A stretch of 64,000 nucleotides of DNA. Source: Picochlorum sp. SENEW3 (Eukaryota). The notes beneath the pieces were generated by a model. The model worked only from the letters and a program-made list of their open reading frames with translations, was not told the DNA's origin and searched no databases. The translations under genes and the position numbers were made by a program. Shown here in pieces: positions 34,868 through 45,690 of this stretch. Location of the stretch: positions 868,001 to 932,000 of the forward strand of contig CP120460.1 in the NCBI GenBank assembly GCA_034226945.1, given 5' to 3'. Numbering within the stretch: the first letter of the stretch is position 1; every line of letters starts with the position of its first letter.

Positions 34868-36592
34868 TTAGCTGGGAAGCTCTGGTATGTCAAAATACCC
34901 ATCGATCGGCAACATACATATGTACTCTTCTATTGAGGTATCCTTATCATGACTGTCATTGCCAGCATACCCTTCAAGATCTCTGATTGCTGTTCGGGCA
35001 AAACCACTCCATTGCTTTGCTGCACTGAAATCATGTATGTTCATCCCATTTGATAATCCTCTCAGTAACTGAGATACTCTTAGTACAAAAAATAAGTCAG
35101 AAGGGAAGTTCTCAACAGAAACTTGCTTGATTGGCGAATTTGGGTCAAAGGGGTTGATGGTGCCCTCTGTATCAAACATTCCCCAGGCAATCCGAGCTTT
35201 GACCGCTTCGTCGCCTTCTGACGTTTCTATATTTAATTCTTGCATGGCTCTGCATATTTTAGAGTTGTCTTTCTGCTCCAGGGCCAGAATCATTTTGGCA
35301 AATGGCAACCGATACCTGTCTGGAAGCTTTTTAGATTGTCCATAGTCTATTAGACCAATCCTTCCTCCTTTCATCACTAAAATATTCCCAGGATGTCCAT
35401 CTGCTTGAAACAAGCCATCCAGAAGTATCATTCGACCGTATGCCTCCGAAACTTTGCCGAGAATTTGACGAGCTGCCATTCTCTTAGTTGCTGCAGGAAG
35501 GTTCTGAAATTCGACCTGATCCTTCATCTTCGTGATAGGTATTCCATCGATAAAATCCATGACAAGGAGTCTTGGAGTTACAAGAGGCGGTATACTTCTT
35601 GGAACCAGGATTCTGTGCCCAAGACCGTCAAATTGCTTTGCGACTGCATTCATGATTCTGGCTTCCCTGCTGAAGTCGAATTCCAACTTGATCTGCTTCG
35701 CAAGCTCATCTACAGCACTTAACATATCAAATTTGATTTCGGTCTTCGATAAAAATGCGGCCCAGATTCGAAGACTCTGCAAGTCCATCGTCATGGTTGG
35801 CAATGAGTTTGGATATTGAATTTTCACTGCAACTGTGCCATCAGGAGGGGCATACTGGGCAATTTCGCTGGGGTCAAAAGATCGGTGGGGTCCAAAACAG
35901 GTATCAACGTCACTAGAATTATAATACAGTATTTCAGATAGTTCTCCTGCTCCGTCTTTTCTATATTCCTGAACACGCTGTATTTGATCAAAGTCCTTTT
36001 GCCTCAGCCACGACCAGATTCTTTGCCAAAGTCGTGGTTTTGATTTGATGCTCTGTGATAACCTCAATTTAGCTTTATGAACCTGAGATATTGATGCTGA
36101 CCCTAGTGGTTCATCCAAATCTATCCATTCGAATACGTTCTCCAAAGGTGTCCCTAGTTCAGCCTCGATTGCTGCTTGTGCTTGCTCTTTAGGCATTGGT
36201 GGAACCCTGTCTTGTAGCAGAGAGAGTTTCTTGCAAATTTGTAGTGGGATAAAATCACTCCTAGCCCCTAAAAATTGTCCTCCTTTCAAATAGAACCCGC
36301 GCAAATCCACGCAAATTGAGTACATTTGTTCTGCAGCTTTTTCATGCTGCTTTGCCCAGACTTCCTCTTCCACACGCTCGTCTGACCAACCCAGGACATT
36401 TCTCAGCAATGAAGACCTGATTTGAGTGGCTTTATATCCAGCATAAACTGAGGTTGCTCGAATCCAGAATTCTGACGTGCGTTGGACTTTCTTTAGGGGC
36501 GTCAACTCTCCTCCGGTCACTGACTGGGCAGAGTTTGAACCGGAACTAGCGTGTTTGCCACTGCGATGGATCGATACCCCTTTTACATCCAT
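34868..36592 (-). CDS. ABC1/UbiB atypical protein kinase
   Basis: FYLKGGQF, LQDRVPP, PLGSASISQVHKA, VAVKIQYP, ELAKQIKLEFDF, QADGHPGNIL and IDYGQSK. Confidence 0.93.
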   Translation of the reverse strand: MDVKGVSIHRSGKHASSGSNSAQSVTGGELTPLKKVQRTSEFWIRATSVYAGYKATQIRSSLLRNVLGWSDERVEEEVWAKQHEKAAEQMYSICVDLRGFYLKGGQFLGARSDFIPLQICKKLSLLQDRVPPMPKEQAQAAIEAELGTPLENVFEWIDLDEPLGSASISQVHKAKLRLSQSIKSKPRLWQRIWSWLRQKDFDQIQRVQEYRKDGAGELSEILYYNSSDVDTCFGPHRSFDPSEIAQYAPPDGTVAVKIQYPNSLPTMTMDLQSLRIWAAFLSKTEIKFDMLSAVDELAKQIKLEFDFSREARIMNAVAKQFDGLGHRILVPRSIPPLVTPRLLVMDFIDGIPITKMKDQVEFQNLPAATKRMAARQILGKVSEAYGRMILLDGLFQADGHPGNILVMKGGRIGLIDYGQSKKLPDRYRLPFAKMILALEQKDNSKICRAMQELNIETSEGDEAVKARIAWGMFDTEGTINPFDPNSPIKQVSVENFPSDLFFVLRVSQLLRGLSNGMNIHDFSAAKQWSGFARTAIRDLEGYAGNDSHDKDTSIEEYICMLPIDGYFDIPELPS

Positions 36593-36819
36593 CTTTAAAA
36601 CTTATTTGGCATTCCTCGTGGAGAGAAATGCTATCCGGGTACAATCATTTTGATGTCCGTTCGGAGGCTTCTCTCAGGTCAAGTTGCATATCTAGTCGGT
36701 CAAAATATACGATTGACCGGGAGCAGAATTTAGAGATGTTGATACATCCACTGATGTTGGCTCAATACAAGGCTCAGGCAACGACGCGTCACATATTTAT
36801 ACACAACTATTAGGATAAA

Positions 36820-37690
36820 ATGAAGTTCAGTTCTACTGTGACGTCCAGCAGGCGTAAATGCCGCAAGGTAGGTGACAAGACAGGTTGGGGGAGTGCGAGT
36901 CGGCTGCCAAGCCTCACTAGTTTTAACCCAGAAAACAGAGCAATGATGCATTGTTTTTGGAAACATTAGCAAATATGATGTTCTAAAATACAAGAAAGCT
37001 CACAATCATGCCAGCGGTGGGGCAAAAGGTGCTAGCATCTCGACCGCCGTCGGCGGGCTTTCGTGGTCCCTGAAAGATGTGTTGGTGCTTACCTCTGTTT
37101 CTGCGAATGATAAACAGATAAGAGATAGTCTCTTTTATCCTGAGGTAGCCTATTTGGTTTGGATGACAGGTTTTGGCATCATCTTTGAGCAAGGACGGCT
37201 GAACTCGACACGCCTTCTTCCAGCATTTTCATTCATTCATTCCATGCAACTCCCAGAGTTAATCGTATATGGAGATCGTATCATTTTTTTTGTCTTGTTG
37301 ATGCAGGCACATTTCACCGCACCATCCAACGTGCGCCGAAAGCTTATGAGCGCTCCTCTCTCCGGGGAGCTCAGAAAGAAGCTTGGAGTCCGTTCCATGC
37401 CAATTAGAAAGGATGATGAAGTAACTGTTGTCCGTGGAACATATAAGGGACGTGAAGGAAAGGTCGTGGAGGTTTACAGAAAGAAATGGGTCATCCACAT
37501 TGACCGTCTTGTAAGAGAGAAGGCAAATGGCGCTAGTGTACCAGTTGGACTGGATCCTTCCAAGGTGATGGTCACCAAATTGAAAATGGATTCAGACAGA
37601 AAGTCTTTGATTGAGCGTAAGCGTGCTGGAAAGGGCGAGAAGGGCAAGTTCACAGAGGAGGAGGTTGCTGCCATGGACAGTGTGGAGTAA
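36820..37690 (+). CDS. RPL26: 60S ribosomal protein L26 (uL24); exons 36820-36867 and 37307-37690
   Basis: [16 protein letters not shown] joined to [19 protein letters not shown]...[11 protein letters not shown]...[10 protein letters not shown]. Confidence 0.97.
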
Positions 37691-38297
37691 ATCATTGACT
37701 TGATATGTTATGATTACTATAGCAATGTGTAACAATTATGTACAAGGAAGCAAGTATTTGATCAAATGTTCCAAACGCTTGTATGCGCCTTTTTCCTGGC
37801 CTTGTGCATCTAGCAACCCGGGTGTGCCCACACCTAACATTTGCATTATACACACAAGAAGCGCTGTTTTATCATTCAACTGTGGATTATATACGACAAA
37901 ATACATATATCAACCACTGGATCTCAACGTGAATCGTAGTCACTTTTAGTCTGATGATGGGCCATGCAGCTGCATGCTCCTCCTGGATGGGTGCACACGT
38001 GTGCATGGCACTAGCTCATGATCATAGGATGATCGCCCGAGGACGTATCGAACGCGTATCCAATTGCAGTACACAGGTTTCTGGCTATTAGTAGATATAT
38101 CAGAAATATTAATATAGTATTGAAAATCGAGATAATTTGAAATTAGTGCCGTCATCGCTCTTTGCTCACTAACTTTAAAGCCAGGGCGTTGGGGTTTCGT
38201 TAGGCCTTTTCGCCACAGGTTGAGCACCTTGACATATTCCTGGACTCAAGAACAAACTTCTTTAAATTGAAAAATTCGTGTCGCATAATAATTACCG

Positions 38298-39386
38298 ATG
38301 AAACAGATCACAGTCCGATACCTTCAGTTCCAGGTGACTGATGATACCTTTGAGTGCCTTGAACAATACAACGTCAAGAAACTCATTGGGAAAGGTGCTT
38401 ACGGCAAAGTTTGCAGTGCTGAAGATAAAGAGAATGGAGATATCGTGGCGATAAAGAAAATCTCGTCAACATTCCGCAATTCTCAGGATGCTCGTCGGAC
38501 TTTGACAGAAATTGAGACACTTGCTCACCTTTCAGGGCATGAAAACATTGTTGCTGTTAGAGATATATTTCCATCTCCAAATTTACCAGAGTTTGATGAC
38601 TTATATGTAGTGTATGATATTATGGAGACAGATTTGCATCAGGTTCTCAAGTCCCCGCAGCAATTGCTTGCAGATCAAATCAAGTTTTTTATGTATCAGC
38701 TTTTACGAGGATTGAAATTCATCCATTCGGCAGGTATCATTCATCGAGATCTGAAACCTTCAAACTTGCTTTTGAACTCAACTTGCGATCTGAAGATTTG
38801 TGATTTTGGTCTGTCTGCATGGTTTGGGCAACAAGATGCTGTGCCAGAGTATGTGGTGACAAGGTGGTATCGAGCTCCTGAAATATTACTCTCCTGCACG
38901 GGATACGATTACAAAGTTGATATCTGGTCAGCAGGATGTATCTTTGCGGAATGTTTGGGTAGAAGACCTTTGTTTCCAGGTACCGATTGGATCCATACCC
39001 TCTCCTTAATCTACAGAGTCCTAGGCAATCCTTCAGAATCAACAGTCAATGCCATGGATTTATCTGATTCTTTGAGACAGTATTTATACTCTGTGCCTCA
39101 ACAAGACCCCATACCTTTCGAAAAACTTTTTCCGAATGCAGATGCTGAAGCAATCGATTTGCTAAACAGAATGCTAGCTTTTGATGCCAAAAAAAGATTG
39201 ACGGCAGAGGAAGCATTACAGCATCCGTACTTCAGCAGTTTGCATGTGACTTTGGATGAACCCTTGCATCAAAACAATGGCTACACCAAAAGGAACTCCT
39301 TAGACATGCGCAGCATTCGCGAGATTAGAGAGAAAATTTTCAGTCACATTTTAGTACAACACCCAGAATTTGAGTGTAGAATATAG
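38298..39386 (+). CDS. Mitogen-activated protein kinase with atypical PEY activation loop
   Basis: IGKGAYGKVC, VAIKKI, IIHRDLKPSNLLL, LKICDFG, EYVVTRWYRAPE and the CD-domain-like LHVTLDEP. Confidence 0.93.
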   Translation: MKQITVRYLQFQVTDDTFECLEQYNVKKLIGKGAYGKVCSAEDKENGDIVAIKKISSTFRNSQDARRTLTEIETLAHLSGHENIVAVRDIFPSPNLPEFDDLYVVYDIMETDLHQVLKSPQQLLADQIKFFMYQLLRGLKFIHSAGIIHRDLKPSNLLLNSTCDLKICDFGLSAWFGQQDAVPEYVVTRWYRAPEILLSCTGYDYKVDIWSAGCIFAECLGRRPLFPGTDWIHTLSLIYRVLGNPSESTVNAMDLSDSLRQYLYSVPQQDPIPFEKLFPNADAEAIDLLNRMLAFDAKKRLTAEEALQHPYFSSLHVTLDEPLHQNNGYTKRNSLDMRSIREIREKIFSHILVQHPEFECRI

Positions 39387-39639
39387 TATTTCTTAAACAG
39401 AACTGGTTCTGACCTTTGTTGACTAAAGTTTCGTGGCCTGTGTAGGCTGTGAACAGTTGATCCTAGTAGGTGCAATTAATCACCAATCAATCAAACCAGA
39501 AAAATTCCCGCATTCGTATGTGTAAAAATGCACTATATTGCCACACGTCGAAGAGATTTCTACTTGGACGCACCAGAACAAGAATAACTTTGGACTGCAA
39601 ACTCCTTAATCTACATGCATCATTTCGTGGTAAATACCG

Positions 39640-40583
39640 TCAAAATGATATTAATTCTAGACACCCATAGATTGATTTTTGAATCACTCCATTTAAAATG
39701 CACACAAATATTGAGTACCATCCAATTGTGGGCAATGTCAAAATCAGGGGCACAAAAAGGAGGCAAGCAAGGGTCAGACTGAATCCAGATGATTCTATTA
39801 CATCCTCTCTTTCCTTATCAAGGCCAATGTCGAAATATTCAAGGATACAAGGATATGAAATGCCTCTCATAGCACGCCATAGTATCCCTGATAACACCAC
39901 ATGCGTTCTAACTAGCCACTGTGCAAACATTGCTGATACTGAGACTGGTGCCAGAACTACCTGGAGAGTCTCGAGGAGACAAGCATGCCCTCTCCTCGAC
40001 CCAACAGCAAAGAATATTGCTCCCAAAGATAACAAATACGCATCAAAAAGGCCGCGCTCACCCAAGTAAATCACGATCTTGCGCACCGCTTGTGTATACC
40101 CAAGTCCTACCTGGCTCAGAGCCTGGCTCAGCCCAACATGCAATTTAATGCCAGCGGGCTTAGCTGTTGCGAACCAGATAAGCTGATTGACGATGAAGTC
40201 GTAGAGCTTGATACCCAGTATGTGCGAATAGAACAAAACCTTATTCCTGTATACGACAATCAAAGTTCCCTTTGCAAGCCCAAGAAGAGTATCCCTATTG
40301 TAAGGGCGAGATGGCCACATGAATTCGAAACATCTATGGCGCAGACTTCATATAAATATAAAGGTAAATTACGCAAGCCAAATGTTTGCCTCACAGTCAG
40401 TTTTCACATAGTACCATGGCCATCCATCTTGTGGATTGGAGCCTCCGCGGAGGATTCCCTTCGATCGAAGAACCCCTCGCGAAGGGTCATGATCATGATC
40501 CCTTCGAGCTGATCAGCTGACCGGCCAGACAGTACCGTCAGGAATGTCGGACATTCTTGGGGGGGAACAAAACCCACGTACAT
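39640..40583 (-). CDS. GPI1: GPI-GlcNAc transferase subunit PIG-Q/Gpi1-like (5' exon tentative)
   Basis: WFATAKPAGIKLHVGLSQAL resembles the Gpi1 WLMGxPAGxKLN motif; LWRAMRG; LFVPLILTLPTIGWY; hydrophobic throughout. Confidence 0.7.
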
Positions 40584-40648
40584 ACAGGTTCTCACCGCTG
40601 AGATTCATGGTCATTGAAATTCAAACAGCTTTATTATTTTGGTACAAG

Positions 40649-42191
40649 ATGGAGATATTCGTGAAGCAGATGGGTTCAAAGAACGCAGACCGTTTGCAGT
40701 TCAGGCTGGAACCCTCCGAGAATATCGGCAGCCTGAGAAAGCAAATTGCCGAGAAACTCGCTATCAGTGAGGATTGTATTAAATTAATTCACAAAGGTAG
40801 GCTATTCGCTCGGTATTTTTCTCATGCGTTCCCACCTTGGACAGATCTCGTAAGAGTATCATCATCATGAGTGCTATTCTTGTGTAGGACACTTTTTGAA
40901 GGATGGGATGGATGTTGAAAATTGTGGTACGTATGTGTACATTTAAATGTAGTTTGGGGCAGATTTGAGAAGTATAACACGCCTTTGCATCTTCGAAACT
41001 TGGTCCGAGGGTGGTGAAGAAGGGGGTTTAGGGTTCTGTTTCGTAATCTGCGTGACAAATCTCATTGCAGGTCTCTCAGATGGATCAGTTGTGCATATGA
41101 TGAAGTCAAAAGGCCAAGTTTTGCCGCATACTGCCGACGACTCTCCCGAGAATGCCGGCAGTCAGCAAACTGAGGAGCAGCTGCGGCAGGCTGGGGGCAA
41201 CCAGAGGAAGGTGACTACAAATATTCCTGCCATCGATAATCTTATGGAAAGACTTGGTCCTGGTAATAGGTTGGAGAGAATGATGGATGCGAACCCTGAA
41301 ATCATGGCCTTACTGAAGAATCCAGAGCAAATGCAGGAGATGATGAACATTGCAATCAACCCAGTGCGTGTCTTATAGCTATAATACTCATTAAAGTATC
41401 TAAAGAAAATAAAAATGTATCTTGAGTGTTTATAGGAACTCAGGCTTGAGTACATGAGGAATATGGACAGGGCGCTCAGTAATATCGAAGCCATTCCAGG
41501 AGGATACAACGCCCTTGCAAGTATGATGTCTGACGTATCTGAGGCTCCCGAGTCCAGCGAAGGTATCTCCAACGAGCGCCAAAACAGTAAAAATCCGTTT
41601 TTACGGTTATTCAAACAGACTGGCTCGGTTAATGAGAACCCAATCCCAAATCCATGGCGAAGCCCCTCGGCTCCAACTGTTTCCGCCCGACCTTCCATTC
41701 GCTCAGAAGAAGAAATAACAAGTGTGGTAGAGAGATTGTTTAGCGAGGAAAGAGTGGGGGATCTTATAAGTGCCATGGAGGATCCAAACAGGAGGTTAAG
41801 GGCCTCAGAATCAACCTCAGAAGATAGCGAAAGAGTCATTTTGGAATCCACGTTGACTGCGGATAATATGAGGGTTCTCTCGAGAGTGTTGACCAATCCT
41901 CAGTTTCGGTCGATGCTCGTCCGTCAAGTATTGGAAGGAAGTGAGTCGACCGGTATCACTGATGATATGTTGGTTAGCATGCTAGATAGCATATTATCGC
42001 AGGATGACCCAATCTCTGAAGTCCTTTCGGATGAGGAGGGCGAGGAGCCTCAAATAAGTGAAGAAGAAATGCTTAAGAAGATCCAGGTTCTCAATGACAT
42101 GGGATTTTGTGATGAAGAAGCCAACAGAGATGCTCTCGAAAGTAGCGGTGGGGATGTTGATGCTGCAGTGGAGAGATTGTTGAACATGTGA
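40649..42191 (+). CDS. Ubiquilin/DSK2-like UBL-STI1-UBA protein (4 exons)
   Basis: N-terminal UBL (IKLIHKG...GLSDGSVVHM), STI1-like MMDANPEI...MRNMDRALSNIEAIPGGYNAL, NPIPNPW, and UBA LNDMGF...GGDVDAAVERLL. Confidence 0.88.
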
Positions 42192-42250
42192 ATGTAGCGT
42201 TGTATTCTTACATGTTATAATTATGCTGTCATATAAGGCAAGATGAAAGC

Positions 42251-42856
42251 TTATCGCTTTCCAGCTTTTGGCACACGAGCAGCTTGGCCTTGAGCCCTTG
42301 CAGCAGCCTTCTGTGCAGATTTCTCGGCCTTAGCCTTCTTCGTACGCTCTTTAATCTCACGAAGAGCTGCCTCGCGGGAAGCCTTGCGCTGCTCTGGCTT
42401 CTCTGCCTTCTTCTTTGCGATCACCTCCAAGGATGCACCTGCCACTGAGCGGACAGCAACACGCGCTGTAGATCTCTTCTTTCTCCTGGAAACCTGTTGT
42501 TCCTGATCTTTGCGGTGCTGTTTGCGATAGGTTGTTGTCCATGCAAGCTTGGCTGGTCTTTTTCTCTGATTGAAAAGAGCCTTGCACTTCTGCTTCAAAA
42601 ACAAGAACTGTTGTCCATCAACCCTGATGTACAACATACCCCTCCCTGGGTATATTTTCAAGCCACTAAAGCGGCAAGTTTGAGTCCTGCAAATGTAATG
42701 AAAAATCCATGAGCAACAGTGACGAAATGACACGCGATACGAAATGGCTGCTGGGGCGATCAAGCCGTTCGACCAGCATGACACGCATAAACAGCTAAAA
42801 CGTCGATATCAAGTATACAAATACAATATGGTGCGAAAATCTTACTTTAAAACCAT
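42251..42856 (-). CDS. RPL24: 60S ribosomal protein L24 (eL24); exons 42856-42846 and 42686-42251
   Basis: MVLK-TQTCRFSGLKIYPGRG...KLAWTTTYRKQHRK...ALREIKER. Confidence 0.96.
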
Positions 42857-43198
42857 CTGCAGACACAAGAGTACAACAATAAGACGACGGCTCAAGAAAA
42901 AGACGACATAGAGAACTTCGCCGTCATCATCGTAAATAACCAGTATACCACGTACAACGACCTAATTATATCTAATTTAACGATTGCCTGCAGCATGGCA
43001 GCCCGCCTGTTTTAGTGCTTGCGAGTGCATCAATAGTGTGACTTGCGGCTCTTGCGGCGTCTCAGGGATCTCCGATCTTTAGAGATCTTTCGAAAATTCG
43101 AATTAATTCGGGAAGTAGAGAGATCTGGCTGCGGTCTTCTGCTTCAGGACATCAGAGCACGAAATAGTCGGCTTTTTTCAGGATATTTTATAAGGGAT

Positions 43199-44038
43199 AT
43201 GAAGCTAGTACAACACTGGTTCGATGCCAGCTTATGGCTCGCAAAGAACAAGGCTAAGAGATGGACTGAAGTCTTTTTCTTTTTCTATAGTTTCTCGTGG
43301 ATTCTATGGTGTTTATGTATATTGGTTCCCTTCAAATTGTATGATCGGCTTGATGAATGGGGATATTTGGGAATCGGTTTAGTAGCTGCACTCCCTTGCA
43401 TACTGCTGCCTATTTTCTACGAGAGTAGGACTGATTCCAAAAGGCCCCTGCATAAGAAATATTGGGTTAAGGCGAATGTCTGGATAGCTATTCTGAGCTT
43501 TATAGGAAATTATTTCTGGACTCATTATTTCTATAGTGTACTCGGTGCTTCGTATACTTTCCCTGCTCATAGGCTGAATGATGTACCAATAACATTGTAC
43601 TTCATGACCCATGCCTACTTTTGTTTCTATCATTCCTTGTCGAATATGGTTATCCGCAGGGTGCATGCTGCTACAAAAAACTCCAATCGGCTTTTTCAGG
43701 TCTTTTCGGAGGTGTTGACAGTGTTTGTATTATCCTACCTCACTGCAATTGGGGAAACAGTCACAATTAGCCACTTTCCTTATTATCAATTCTTGGATCG
43801 AACAAAAATGTACAGCATTGGATCTCTGTTCTACGCGATCTATTTCTTCGTATCATTTCCTCTTTTTTACAGAATGGACGAGAGTACCAGGCCTTCGACT
43901 CATTACTCCATCTGGAGAACTGTGATCGACTCCTTGGGTGGATGTATGTTGGTGACTCTCCTGCTAGATTTTTGGAGAATAACATATGGAAGTGTTACAG
44001 CGTCTGATTCGATTTCTGCACTTCCTTGGGACCGATAA
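43199..44038 (+). CDS. CPI1: Cycloeucalenol cycloisomerase (cyclopropyl sterol isomerase)
   Basis: WLAKNKAKRWTEVFF, YWVKANVWIAILSFIGNYFWTHYF, LYFMTHAYF and GSLFYAIYFFVSFPLFYRMDE. Confidence 0.93.
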   Translation: MKLVQHWFDASLWLAKNKAKRWTEVFFFFYSFSWILWCLCILVPFKLYDRLDEWGYLGIGLVAALPCILLPIFYESRTDSKRPLHKKYWVKANVWIAILSFIGNYFWTHYFYSVLGASYTFPAHRLNDVPITLYFMTHAYFCFYHSLSNMVIRRVHAATKNSNRLFQVFSEVLTVFVLSYLTAIGETVTISHFPYYQFLDRTKMYSIGSLFYAIYFFVSFPLFYRMDESTRPSTHYSIWRTVIDSLGGCMLVTLLLDFWRITYGSVTASDSISALPWDR

Positions 44039-44083
44039 GGTGCATTTAACTTAATATACCCTTAACAAGAAACAATAGTAGTA

Positions 44084-45619
44084 CTATACATCAATTATTC
44101 TTCCTTGTAATGTCAAGGATGATAAGTCAATATTTGGCCAGTCGTGACCATCCATCATTGCATCCATTCTGTTTTCCTGTGAAATGAGTTTGACTGCAAC
44201 GAAATTAATGGCATGTTTCATCTTTAAGGGGACAAAGATTCTAGACTCCGCCACAGTATCCTCATTTTCAAAATCACAAGGGAACAAAACGTCGCAAGCC
44301 TGGTATCCTTCTCTGTTTCTCACCAGGCTGTCAAAATCGGCGTCATACAAGGCAAATTGAAACCATCCTATAGGAAACCATTGGAACAGCTTATCACAGG
44401 ACCCACCACTGGTTGACACTAACCTTACCCTCTTGAATTCTACAAAAACATTCTTCTCCTGAAAACAAACTCTGTTAAAAGCAGGAACAAGACCCTTTTC
44501 TGATTTTTCACAGAGCATGCGAAACGAGTCCAGCGAGTTAAAGTCCGAAATATCTAGAAAGAAAAGAAAAGGTTGGTTCATACTCAGGGTAGTTTTAGTC
44601 GACCAATGCAGAGGCACCAACATACCATGTAGGCTCTTTCTCATCAATTCCAGTAAATCAGCCTCACTGCGCATTGCTCCATGTCTCGATACTGCACAGC
44701 CAAATATCGCACCACAAGATACAGGGCATGTGAGTTGGCCTTCTCTTGATATTACCATCCTCTCTAATATACACATGCTCATTTCACTTTTTTCAATCTT
44801 CTGTAATATATCTCCATCGTATACTACATCCGAGTCTTTTCCAATAATATTCTGGTCTTGAAATGTCTCAATTGAAAGAAGATGTTGCCTTATTGCTGTC
44901 ATCCTTCTTTGCTCCTCTTCTAAATTGTCAGGTGTCACATTGTAAAACAGCAATTGGCCCAATTGAGAGTCCTGCAGCACCCAATACTCGGCAAAGTACC
45001 TTTGTCTTTCACCAAAACATACATATATACTCACCTGGTGAAAAGAATCATGCAAAGAAAAGAAGAAGAGCTTTAGCTGTAGGTCGCTATAAGACTCGAT
45101 TGTCCTCAACCGCTCTCTGAAACTCTCCGTCCTGTCTCTAGCATGTATATGCTCCAGTAAGGCCGCAGCGTATCGACATCTGGAGATCAAATATTGTCTG
45201 ATGCTCCTTTCCTTGGAGCGTGTGAGCTCACTATGCTTCAAGAGTACGCCAACCAAGTCAATATTTGCAGAGGCATGTGAGCAGTATGGACTGATATCAT
45301 CTATGAACACATTGTCAACCCAATACGAGGTGTTGGCGTCATCAATCCCACCATCCGTGAATACGCCACGGAATCGTATGCTTTCGGCCGATTCTTGCTG
45401 ATATATCGAGCGGTACAACATAAAATCAGATCGTTCGCCAGGGAACGTTTCCCAGCCAAAGTCAACCCACAGTCGATTACACCAAACCAGTGTACTCGAA
45501 TACAGTATCTCGTACAGAGTTTTACAAGTTTGCATTAATCGAAGTAAATCATCCGACTCGCATCTTGACAGTACCTCTTGCAAGCTATCACTGTCGAGTC
45601 CTCGTAGCAAGTCACCCAT
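44084..45619 (-). CDS. F-box protein with putative C-terminal beta-sandwich domain
   Basis: LRGLDSDSLQEVLSRCESDDLLRLMQTCKTLYEIL...LVW is F-box-like. Probable in-frame introns 45034-44972 and 44625-44554. Confidence 0.75.
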   Translation of the reverse strand: MGDLLRGLDSDSLQEVLSRCESDDLLRLMQTCKTLYEILYSSTLVWCNRLWVDFGWETFPGERSDFMLYRSIYQQESAESIRFRGVFTDGGIDDANTSYWVDNVFIDDISPYCSHASANIDLVGVLLKHSELTRSKERSIRQYLISRCRYAAALLEHIHARDRTESFRERLRTIESYSDLQLKLFFFSLHDSFHQVSIYVCFGERQRYFAEYWVLQDSQLGQLLFYNVTPDNLEEEQRRMTAIRQHLLSIETFQDQNIIGKDSDVVYDGDILQKIEKSEMSMCILERMVISREGQLTCPVSCGAIFGCAVSRHGAMRSEADLLELMRKSLHGMLVPLHWSTKTTLSMNQPFLFFLDISDFNSLDSFRMLCEKSEKGLVPAFNRVCFQEKNVFVEFKRVRLVSTSGGSCDKLFQWFPIGWFQFALYDADFDSLVRNREGYQACDVLFPCDFENEDTVAESRIFVPLKMKHAINFVAVKLISQENRMDAMMDGHDWPNIDLSSLTLQGRIIDV

Positions 45620-45690
45620 GACACGCGTCCACAGGAATGCATTCACACACTGTTTGACTCCAGTATCTCATCACATGTGTTTAAAATTGC

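Noticed and set aside
37079..37306. N-terminally extended RPL26 suggested by the ORF track
   Set aside because: The canonical N-terminus [16 protein letters not shown] is in an upstream exon; the extension is intron read-through.
41024..41035. GGGTTTAGGGTT telomere-like sequence in a ubiquilin intron
   Set aside because: Under two repeat units; plausible by chance and no support for a telomerase RNA template or interstitial array.
41162..41896. 244-aa antisense ORF over the ubiquilin gene, and other shadow ORFs
   Set aside because: No motifs; explained by codon bias of the sense gene.
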